Of a stretch of 64,000 nt of DNA, positions 25,708 through 36,751 are shown piece by piece. Both the position numbers and the translations under genes were made by a program. Source of the stretch: Selaginella moellendorffii. Lineage: Eukaryota; Plantae; Lycopodiophyta. The stretch covers positions 836,062 through 900,061 of the forward strand of contig NW_003314293.1 of the NCBI RefSeq assembly GCF_000143415.4, given 5' to 3'. The notes under the pieces were generated by a model. That model searched no databases. It saw only the letters and a list, made by a program, of their open reading frames with translations, and was not told where the DNA came from. Each line of letters starts with the position of its first letter. The stretch's first letter is position 1.

Positions 25708-28700
25708 ATGGTAAGTCTTTTAGGCCAAGTAGAAAATGGCATGAGGCCACATGCCATTCAGTAGCAACATTGGCATGCACCGATTGAGCTCTCGAGTGTA
25801 GTCCGGTTACAGATGGCGTGTAGCCTCACGCCATCTTAGGATGCAGCCTCAAGACATCTGATGCAGTGGTGAATGGCGTGTGGCCTCACGTTATTTCCAG
25901 CTGCTAGCTTGTCATCTGTCAGCTCTAATTATTGTGCATTTCTGAACAGGCGAGGAATTGCGTTCTTCTTCCAGCCACTGTCAATGTGGATGCAGAGAAG
26001 GGGGAGGAGCTCACCAGTTGGACTTTCAGGATGGAAGGCGAGGATCTGAGGCTGTACAACACAGATGGTGGGAGAAAAGAATGCATGGGGATCCTCATCC
26101 AAGTGACAGACACTCCATGCAGTTCCATGCAAGAATATGGACTGGCACTTGTGGTAGAGACAGCGTCCGCCTTCAAGATCCACCTTGCATATCCTAGCGG
26201 CTTCCCGGAGGGGGGCAGCGGCTATGAGGAATTCCTAGAGGGAGCTAGGGAGAGGTTGTCCAGGAGGCCCACAATTTCAAAGACGCTGCGGGTCTATGAA
26301 GATCACATGGAATCCACGGACCTCACCTACGGCGATGTTCAAAAACTATATTCCAACATTGAGCCGTTGAGAGTGCCTCCAGTTCGTGAAGCGAAGGGGA
26401 AGGGGGTCGATTTGGAAACTACCCCGAAGCAAAAAAGGGTGGTCAAGCTCAAGCCGACGTCCGACTCTCCTGCTCCAAAAAAGAAGCTACTCGGTGATGC
26501 CATTGCCTCGGGTTCGAACACTACACCCACCAAAAAGAAGAGCCGCAAAGAGCAGAAAGAGGAAGAAGAGGCAGCAAAAATCGTCGCAGATAATAGTACT
26601 TGTTACTATTCCAACAAAGTATATACAATCGACGTGAGCCGTATCGACATCCAAAACAAATACAACCACAGGCTAGTATCTGATGAGTGGGTGGAGAAAC
26701 TGAAGCAGAAGATGCTGGCAAGTCCAGTAACACCCGACATCGCAGACGTGATCCCCTACTACCGAACAATGAAGGGCGAGACGAGGTTTCCAGACTTGAT
26801 CAATAGGAAGGTGTTGGACGATCAGAACATCCGGTTCTATGCCGTCTCCGGGCAGCATTTTAGCTTGGCGATGCAAGAGATAGTTGTGGATATTATGGTG
26901 GGCGAGGAGGTGAAGAAAGTCTTCAAGACAAGAGTTGTCCGCCTGATAAAAGGCAACTCGCCCCTCCGATCTATCATATACATCTCCCACGCGCAGAATG
27001 TCAAGCAAGAAATGTGCTACAAATCGGGTCTGCACGAGACATTGGCACAGACACGGAAGCTCTGGGTTCAACTGAAGAAGCCACAAAAACCAGGACAAGG
27101 ACGTGCACTAGCAACTAGCGCCTGGCAGGTAAGCCTCGTTGCATGTGGCATAGCATGTGGCCTCACGCCATTTCCATTGCAGGAATTCTCGAGTCTTCTC
27201 TTGAAAACACTGGGGGTCAATGACACACTCCGCATCCATAACATTCTACTCGTGACAAAAGTTGTTTTTGACAAATGGGTAGATGTGCTGAGGAGGTACC
27301 ATGATGGGGAGTTGCTAAACTCAATGGGTGTGGAGGACGGCCGGAAGCCCAATGATTTGAAGCTCAATGCCTTGCGTTTCTCGCGGTCTCTAGACGACGA
27401 CGACCTTCTGACAGTGGCTAATGCTCTTCTACGTGGTGAGGTAGTCTTCACCAAGACTAAAATGACTCCCGGCCATATTGTGACATACGAGGACTTGTGC
27501 ACGACTCTGAGAGCTTGTGCGCTATTGAAGGATTGGATCTTCGAGCAAGTGGCTGTGGAGAGGGTGAGCATCGACACCACGCAAGAGATGATGGAAGCGC
27601 TGGAGTTGTCAAATGAAGACATCGACGAGTACGTGAAGGGGGCCCCCAAGTTCATCGATCTGCTGCGGGATGCCACGAAAAGTAAAGCTGAGAAGTTGGA
27701 TCAGTATCCAAATTTCATTAAGAGGGATGTCGACCGCCGGCTTCAGAAACAGCTCGACCCCGCAGCAGAGGCCTATCGAGAACCTTACCAGGTATTTGTG
27801 AATTCGGATGAGGATCAAAGGTGGAGGAGCATCGTTTCCCGTGGAGATGAGCAGGTCAAGAACATCTTTTGTGTGATGGACTTCACAAACGAGGAGATCA
27901 CTCATGCAGACGAAGTCAGCTCCATCATTGACTTAATGGTGGGACTTGCGGAGGTGGAATCTTCAGTCCACTATATGATCTATGACTCCGAATCCTATCA
28001 CAAGTTCTGGAAGGCCTTGAACGAGGTGAAGGCTCGGTTGAAAGGCAAGGAGATGCGGGAGATCCATGGGATAATGGCTAAGAAGAAGATACCGACGAAT
28101 GTCTGCATCTTCACACTCACCCTTGTTATTGGTCCTGCAGCAGAGTGGGACTAGAGTGACTTCCCAGCTTCGTTCGACAAGGCCGATTGAATTGATCTGA
28201 GGGAGGTCAATTTACCCATGCCTGAGGAACTGAAGACGGCTATAGAGCTTTCAAATCCAAAGAAAGCTCCAGGTGCAGCATGGGAAATGCTCAGCTGGGT
28301 CTTCAACGCAATAGCGGGTGGGTCACCTGCTTCCGACTCCAAGGGCAACTGCGTTGTCGAGTACAACTGCAGCGGACTATTCTTTTGAGCCGCACTACTC
28401 AAGGGTGTCCCGTGTGTTGCGGTGACAAACTCCATTGAAGAGGTGACTTCAATGGAGCATATAATTACAGTTGCCAAAGAAAAACAGTATCTTCTTTGCA
28501 AACTTGGTGAGTACGCACTTTAAGTTTAAATGTTATCTCACAAGCTCTGTATGCAGGAGCGTGGCCACCCCCAGATGCTGAAACGGCGTTAACAGCTACT
28601 GTTGAAGATACCCATGTTGGGCCGAGCTCACAACCTGCACAAGGTAAGGTCACGTGAGGCCTCACGCCATTTTGATTTTAGATCGTTGTGAATATTCAGA

Positions 28701-29563
28701 CACGAGGACTGAAAAGCGCACTGGTGGCGCGTCGAAGAAGGACAAACAGACAAGCAATAGGAAAAAAGGAGGTACAAATTATATTTGCAATGGCGTGTGG
28801 TCTCATGCCATTCCTTGCAGGAGACACTTCTTCAAAGGCAAAACAGGCAAGCACCAACCAAGCTCAAACTGACAGTGGTCATAAAAAGTGAAAGCACGTT
28901 GGACAGTCGTCGGGATCAGAGGCGTTTGATTCGAAAAGGAAGAAGGGCAACGAAAAGATGATAGGTAATGCCTCGCGGTTATGGCGTGTGTGCTCATGCC
29001 ATTCATTGCAGATCAAGGGCTGAGTGAAAGCAGCCAGTCACCACCTCCTGACTCAGATTCCTATGGCGGACTCCCCTTCCCCAATCTCAATGGAGAGGTA
29101 CAATGGATGAGGGATGCTTTTCAAGTCAGGGCCACGTTTTTCTCATCTCGTCGTCTTCGAAGGGTGCAAGAACATGCAGAAACCATGTTAAGACAGTCGG
29201 GTGAGGATACGGTTCTAGGTCACGCACTAAAACAGGCTATGGATGTCTTGTATTTTGAGATGGAGACTCGGCCAGATGATTTTCCCAAGATGGTCCTAGA
29301 AGAACAAGCCATCCAGCCTGAGCAGCCTATGGAAGAAATGCAGGAGGGGGATGAGGAGCCAGAGAAAGATAATGAGCAGGAAGAGTAGAAGGACGAAGAG
29401 GAGGACAAAGAAGAGGAGGACGAAGAAGAGGAGGACGAAGAGGACTTGGATGGTCCTCACAATGGTGACGATCACAATAACGACGACGACGATGATGACG
29501 ACGATGGCCAGCCTGAGGTGGCCAAAGAGTAGCGGAGGAAGGTCATACAAGACAAACCATCAG
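25708..29563 (+). pseudogene. Transposon cargo gene: ParB/Srx-like domain, degenerate amino-methyltransferase-like domain, basic and acidic low-complexity tail
   Basis: ATG|GTAAGT at 25708. In-phase introns at 25711-25949, 27129-27182, 28507-28556, 28644-28699, 28772-28820 and 28965-29011. ParB-like YTIDVSRID..NHRLVSDEWVEKLKQKM..FYAVSGQH. The frame continues past 28154 through single stops. Confidence 0.7.
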
Positions 29564-29835
29564 GTAAATAATAATACATCCATTCCTAACCTTTTACCAT
29601 TTCTAACATTGTCCATGTAGGTCGCAGAGCAAATGGTAAGTAGAGATTATTCAGTTGAATTTACAAACTCTAGCCTTTAATGTCGAGGAAGGATAGTGCC
29701 AAGCAAGGGTCGAAACGTATGTCCAATCCTTCAGAATCAGCAGTGTGCCCAAGTGATATCGGTCCTAGTTCCTCAATAACAGTTGATGGTAAATACAGTA
29801 TAGTTGATTCAATGTGCTAATGAGTTTGTTTTTAG

Positions 29836-31330
29836 TAGCACGGGAGGATACCATCTCAATCGAAGGGAGATATTTGGACATGCATATGGATCCGCCAGTG
29901 GACTCTACTTGCCTGCAAGAGTCATCAGAGCTGGTGGAGGCTACTATCCATATCAATGCCAAGCAAGCTGACCACGCTCCACTTGATGCTGCCCATACCA
30001 CTAAGTCAATCTTGTCCACGTATCCAACTAACGGTGACCAGGCGCCATTGGACCCGCATGAGGCCGCCCCAGCCGCCGAGCCGGTCGTATCCTCATTTCC
30101 AACGGACTCAACATGTGCCCAATCGTTTGACTACGCACCGTTGGAACCTCCCTACACCGCCCCTGCTGCCTGTTCGGTCATGTCCACTTTGCCAACGGAG
30201 GCACCAGCTGAAATGGCGTGTGATCACACGCCATCGGAACCACCCCATGCCACTATTGAGCCAGTTGTACCAGAGTCTACAGCTGAAATGGCATGTGCCC
30301 ACACACCATCGGATGCGATTGACCCCACATTGCAGAGGAGAGTATTTCCGCCCTTCACGTTTCCTCGACCAAAACCCTCTCAACGACCATCGGGAGCACC
30401 ATTCGCTAATATTGTAGATGGTAAAATTGACTTGTACCATTTTTTATATTGACGCATTTCATTTCAGAGTCACGGCGAAGGTACTGTATCGTTTTTGATC
30501 TGAACGGTGTCCTTTTCTCCCATGAGCGTGGCTCGTCCTCGAATGTCATTGCACCCTCCAAAGCCTGTGGTCGCAAGTTGGTCAAAAGAGACAAATTCAC
30601 ATTAATCACACGGGAGAAACTGCGGGATCTAATAATGACCATGCGACACTTAAAACAGAGGGCCGGGTTCAATTTGCAATTGGGAGTTTGGACATCCATG
30701 ATGCGCCACAATGCATTAACGTTGCTACAGATGATGCACGATCAGACGTGAGTAATATTACCATTTGACTTTCTCCTAACGCAGAAGGATTGCTTGACTA
30801 TGGTCCATGTGAAGGGTAGCAAGCCCATCTTCGTCAAGCCAGAGGCTGTAGTGATGAACCGGACTGCTAGGTCAAGTGAAATCCTCATCATCGATGACTC
30901 GCCGATTAAAACTGCAGCGAACACGCACACATATGCAGTGCACCCCATCTCTTGCAGTATGGAAACTAGGGAGAAGAAACCGTATGTTCTGGGGGACCTT
31001 GCAAAACGGCTTGGAGCGATGGTGATAGAGAACCGGCCAGTCCAGGAGGTGGCTGCAGAAATCAACCAAATGGCAGATGGAACGGTATATCAGAAGCCAT
31101 TTGATCAGACAGACACCAGTCATCATTTATGGCATGTATATTGTCTAGCCAAGCACTATCCGCATCTCCATAATCTGCTCAACCGGATGGGTTCTTCGAC
31201 CACTGAACATGAGCGTGGACGTATTAGAGAAGAGATGGCATTACTATTGGGTTTAAATCCTGATAGTGTGGAGAGTGATGAAATTCCAAGATTATTGTAT
31301 AGGCGTTGGAGGCAAAAAATAACAGTCTGA
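29836..31330 (+). pseudogene. Pro/Ala-rich exon plus FCP1/NIF-like HAD phosphatase domain
   Basis: Intron 30421-30467 is in phase. Motifs CIVFDLNGVL, LGVWTSMMRHN, FDFLLTQKDC, LIIDDSPIK. One in-frame TGA at 30749 separates same-frame ORFs 30449 and 30794. Confidence 0.75.
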
Positions 31331-32408
31331 GATGGTATGTATTTATTTAAAAATGTAACTTATTATGGCATGGGGTTCCATGCCATTGTATTAATATTAA
31401 AAGACAATTCTTTGAGAGGATTTGCATTATACTAGAAGTGTTACAGCATGTTATTGGAAGTCTACGAAGTTGTTTTATTAATAAGGGGAAAGTAAAGATT
31501 GAATGGGGACTTGGGCTCCACCTAGACTCGGAGCAACTAAGCCAATATTAAAAGGATGGAAAGAAATTGAACGACGATGACAAGGAGAAGAGAGAGGTGA
31601 AGCAATGGCAGGGGGAGGAGAAGTGATTGAGTAGACATTTCCTTGTTTAAAATAAAATGGCATGTGCCTCAATGCAGTTGAATTTTGTTATATTTATATA
31701 CTATATAAAGGTTTGGAAACCTTATTTTACAAGTGGGATAATGACAATTCCCACTTTAACGAAATAGAGCTTGTATGGTGTTTGATGCTTAAACGTATTG
31801 TTGGGTCTTGAGAATTTATATTAAGGTGAACATATGTGAAGTTGTAGGTAAGAAGAAGTTGATTATGTCTTAAGAATTTGTATTCCTAAATTAAGAGTCA
31901 TTCTTTCTCTTGGATGGAAAATTTTCCATAAATTTTTTAAAACTTTTCCAATGGCTAATATATTGATCATTTTTCTCAAAAACCATTTTGTTTTTATAAG
32001 CTATTGCAAACTAGTAAAGGGATTGGAGTTAACTTTAGTTAGTTTAAACTTTAGTATGTAGTTTGTATCATGTGGCCCCAAAAGGGATGTTGACTTTTAG
32101 GGCTAAGGCAATTGAGTTGGATAGAGTCTCGAGTTTGTGTAGAAAAGTGGCTGTTATGCTTTTCTAAAAAAGATGACCCTTGTGCCTTTTTTCTATATTG
32201 ATATATACTTGGTAAGTTGAACCTTCTTGTGAGACACAAAATCCTTAGGCCCCAAAGGGGAGTTGAAAGGGTGCCACGTGGTAGTGGTGGAGGTAAGAGC
32301 CAAATGAGCATAACACATTTGGACTAAAAGCTTTGACTCGAGAAGTTGAGAGCGGGAGTGGAACTCCCAACGAAGGGCTCAAGGAACGAGCATGAAGCGA
32401 GCAACAAG

Positions 32409-33100
32409 TGAGTCTGAGATGGACTTGAGATGGAGTCCGAGATGGAGTCCGAGATGGACTCGAGATGAAGTTTAAGATGGACCTGAGATGGATCCGAGAT
32501 GGAGTCCGAGATGGACCCGAGATGGAGTCCGAGATGGGTCCGAGATGGAGTCCGAAATGGACCCGAGATGAAGTTTGAGATGGACCTGAGATGGATCCGA
32601 GATAGAGTCCGAGATGGACCTGAGATGGAGTCCGAGATGGACCCAAAATGGATCTGAGATGGAGTCCAAGATGGACCTGAGATGGACTCGAGATGGAGTC
32701 TGATATGGACCCGAGATGGACCCGAGATGGAGTTCGAGATGGACCCGAGATGGACCCGAGATGGAGTCCGAGATGGACCCGAGATGGAGTTCGAGATGGA
32801 CCCAAGATGGACCCGAGATGGAGTTCGAGATGGAGTCCAAGATGGATCCGAGATGGATTCTAAGATGGACCCAAGATGGAGTCTGAGATGGAGTCTGAGA
32901 TGGAGTCTGAGATGGACCTGAGATGGAGTCCGAGATGGATCTGAGATGTATCCGAGATGGAGTTCGAGATGGACCTGAGATGGAGTTGGAGTCCGAGATG
33001 GAACCAAGACTGAGACCGAGACCAAGACCGAGTCCGAGTCCGAAACCGGGACCGAGACCAAGACCAAGTCAGAGTTTGATTTTGAGTTCGAGTCCGAGTC
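32409..33100 (+). repeat. 11/12-bp minisatellite (GAGATGGAGTCC / GAGATGGACCC)
   Basis: Dozens of alternating units decaying into a 6-bp CCGAGT/CCGAGA repeat. It produces spurious repetitive ORFs. Confidence 0.95.
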
Positions 33101-36100
33101 TGAATACTAATATAGACTATTGGGTGAAAGCCCAAAGCAATCGTCCCCCCAGAGGGGGGGGGGGGAGAGTGTGGGATTGGAGCCCAGTGGAGCTAGTTTG
33201 GCTAGGAAAGGCTAGTTTGGCCTAGGAAGGCCATACCCAGCTGTTGGGTGATGGGATGACCACTAGGAAGTGAATATTGACTGACAAGCAAGGTAGCTTG
33301 GTGAAGTGTTCAAAAGCCGGCTCTAGTTCCCCCAAAAGATCGAATGGTCAATGCTCCCAGTCCAAGTGTGGGTGGCACTATCTACTTGGATACCTGGCAT
33401 GGCTCAATAGAACCTCGCTCTAAGCCCATAGCTAGAGCACCCAAAGGCAAAAGGCAGGGAGAGTACCCATGAGGCTCGCATAAAGCCATGGTATTCCGAA
33501 ATGTTGTTCCAAAGTCCCAGACTGTGAAAAGGAAGAGGAGCAGTCCTCTAGTGTAGAGACCAAGGATATTGTCATGTGAGGAGGAAGTCCCAGAGGACCG
33601 TGGGACTTAGTGATCGGGCCTATGGGCCTTGATCCAGTGGTAGTGTTGGCAAACATGGCCATGGATAAAAAGGGATTTGGTGGGGACTAGAAAAAGGATA
33701 TTGGGAAAGGCTATTCCCCATGCTTGCGGGCATCCTAAAGATGCTAAGAAGTAGATCTGGGATGATCACTCATGGATGGATAGCCCAGTCTTTGAGAGAT
33801 GGGACTGTGATGCAGGTGGTGTTGGACCACCGGTGTGGCCAAGGTGAAGGGGAATGGCCTTAGCGTAATAGGTTGATATGTCGGTGGTACCTTGAGGTGT
33901 CGATCATAGGATCCGACATGTGGAGCACTTGGGCCAAGTGCAAAGTTTGAGTGGCAGGGATGCCATTCTCTGGGCTAACAAGCCCAAGTCCGGAATAAGA
34001 CTTATGAAGGTTGTGAGTGAGACTCCGACAAGTGGTCGGAGGTGTGGTTAAGTGACTAAAGTAGAATGGTTGCTTACATGGTTGTTTATACTTCTATTAC
34101 ATTAGACTCTATGAGAGTAGTGAACTCTCACTAACCCTGACTTGGTCTTGGTAGCCTTGTGCCTTGGCTGAGGATAGTGATGTCCAACTTAGTTATTTGA
34201 GTTTAAGGTGTTAGTATCTATACTATAGCTTTATCTATCAAGAGGTTGTGTACCAATATAAGTCCATCTCATGGTCTACACTTTAGTTTTGACTGAGTGT
34301 TAATCATGCATAGCTAGCCTCTTCATGGCATACCTAGAGCTATTGGCTATACGCATTAGTGAGTTTATTGTAGCTGAGTTGTATTCGAGTGGTCATTTAG
34401 TTCATGTTTGTCCTTGTACATGAGGTGTTACCTTCTTGTTAGACAAATATATAACTTGATGACGTGACATGAGTTTAGTGTTTGGGTCTTGTAAAGGCAA
34501 GTTGAAAAGTGATTATTAGTTGTTTTGTGACTAGTGGTTGCTTGTAAACTTCATTGAGGACTACTAACACTTGCTTCCCTTGATGATGATTTAGCAGTGA
34601 TAAACTTACTTTACTAGATAGTGTTACAAAGGATTGTATCATTAGTTTACATGGTTTTTCTTTGTTAGTGTCTCGACTCTACCTCTGTTGATATCATTTG
34701 GTTATGTTTAGTCTCTGATGTTGGATTAACTAATGTATTTTCGACTTTGGTTAGCTCGGTTGCTAGAGAGTTTTAACTGGTGATTCACTTTTTACTTTCT
34801 TCTTGCTTTGTTATGGTGTTGATGGCATTGAAGTGATGCTTTATTATTGACATTATTATTATTGAGATTCAAGTGAAATGAGATGTTTCTCCGTAGGATT
34901 GATATTGAGTTTCATTAATCTCAATGTAGATAGTGTTAATGATGTGGTTGTAACTTTGTGTTATTAACATTTATGCATTTATTAGTTAGCAACTGAAATA
35001 ACGTTCAAACAAGCTAAGTGGCAAGTTGAGTTAGTTATATTCTAAACGAAATTATTTAGTAGGGGTTGAGCTTTTGCTATATTGATCATCGATGATTCTT
35101 CTTGTGTTTGTTATGAAGTGAGTTATGTCATGCTATAGAAAATAGATTCATAGAGGATCTTTTGGTGTCACTTGTTGAGCATAGCTTTATTGTGCTTGGC
35201 TTTTGGATTAATGCAGAAATGTTTTTCATTAGCTTAAGCATTATAAAGTTTAGCTTATGGATGTGTTGAGAAGGATATTGTGGGTTGTACTGTGATTTCT
35301 TCTTTAGCATTAAAGTTAGTTTATGCGAGACTCATAATCATTACTAGGCATAACTTGGCTATAGGCTTCTTCAAGCTTTTAGTTCTTTGAGTTTTATGCT
35401 CATTGTTCCATTTATTAAAAGTTGTTGGGGAAGGCATTTTGGCTCATTAGCTTTGATGTTGAAATTAGTATTTGCATCTAGCAATCATTGGTGATGATTA
35501 ATTATCATTTAGGATAGATGATTATTCTTGTCAAAAGGTTTTGCTTGATTATTGTTGATATAGAATAATTTGTTGTTCTTTGGGATAGTGAATTCTTTTT
35601 TCAATGATGATTCTATATCTTTTATTAATAGGATTATTAATGATTTTTCATAATTTTTAGTTGTTCTCTTTGATAAATTATGGCTTTTCATAATACTATA
35701 TGTTTTTTGTGGTTTGCCTTAGATTGGTCTCTTGGGTTTGAGATATCAATAGGATATTGCTGATGCTTATTTGAGAAACTTTGGTTCCCTAGTATTATTG
35801 ACTATGACATATTCAAATTAATTAATGCGATCATTGGCATAAATGATTGTTTGATTGCTTTGCAACATTCATTCTATTTTGTTGATTATTACTACAATTG
35901 GTTCTGATAAATTATATGTTATTTCCTTCGGGTGATATATTCGCAAGCATTTTGCTTGCTAGTCAATAATACTTTGTATTCTTGTAGTTGTCTTTCATAA
36001 GTTGTTTGGCATACTATCTACAATCTTTGATAGTTAAGTTTTATCATTAAGTATTTTTTATGGTATACTTGCTATTGAATTTTGTTGGATGGTGAATCTT

Positions 36101-36220
36101 ATATTTCCCAATTATGATGATCTTAATGGTTTCTATACTATCATACTAGTTTATCTACTGATAACTTACTTGGAATACTTTTGTGTTCTAATCTAAGATT
36201 TATTCATTGATAATTAAGTC
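33100..36220 (+). mobile_element. Highly decayed, C-depleted LTR retrotransposon internal region
   Basis: Starts with the family B-like gggtgaaagcccaaagc..ggggg motif. T-rich and stop-ridden. 36077-36220 recurs at 39745-39890 upstream of a PPT and family B LTR. Confidence 0.45.
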
Positions 36221-36373
36221 TATGTGTCAACATCCTTGAAATTTAAACATTTCCGCTCCTGCAAAGATGGGAAGGACCATTTCAACATAGCACTCGCGTG
36301 CTCTGGATGTTAGATTGACAATCTCAATCCTATTGCAACAAAAACTTGGTGAAAGAAACCGAAACCCCTCGTT

Positions 36374-36660
36374 ATGCTTTATTTCGTTAAAGTGGAACTT
36401 ATTCAGTAAAGTGGGACATTAATTAGCATGTGTCCACATGCCATTTCCTAGTACTTAATTAATATTTATTAATATTTCTATCAGTTTTTTAATTTATTTT
36501 TTATATTTCACAATATTATAACACAAAATCATATGAAAAGTTTTTAATTTATAAATTATAAAGCTAAAACTTCAATTTTTTATTGTTGTTATAAAAATGG
36601 CATGTGGCCACACACCATAAGTGGGATAATGAAAAATTCCACTTTAACGAAATAAAGCAT
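36374..36660. mobile_element. 287-bp MITE derived from the Sola-like element
   Basis: TIRs ATGCTTTATTTCGTTAAAGTGGAA ... TTCCACTTTAACGAAATAAAGCAT. Perfect 4-bp TSD CGTT (36370-36373, 36661-36664). AT-rich interior with two copies of the 22-bp palindrome. Confidence 0.92.
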
Positions 36661-36751
36661 CGTTCGATTTGATTAGAACTTACATGAGAGGAGAGATTGA
36701 TCATCTCATCCACAACAAAACCTCTTTATGATCAGTAATCAGTCACGAATT

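Larger units (their letters stand above)
19958..31772. mobile_element. ~11.8 kb TIR DNA transposon (DUF7869/Sola1-like) with cargo gene
   Basis: Left end ATGCTCTATTTCGTTAAAGTGGGA (19958-19981) and right end TCCCACTTTAACGAAATAGAGCTT (31749-31772) are inverted repeats. They enclose a DDE transposase and a divergent multi-exon gene. The same TIRs bound a MITE at 36374-36660. Confidence 0.9.

Noticed and set aside
28152-30751. Stop codons as RNA-editing or readthrough sites
   Set aside because: Nuclear TE context. Mutational decay explains them, and plant C/U editing is organellar.
32245-33225. Long ORFs rich in SRTP/HLG/ISD
   Set aside because: By-products of the minisatellite.
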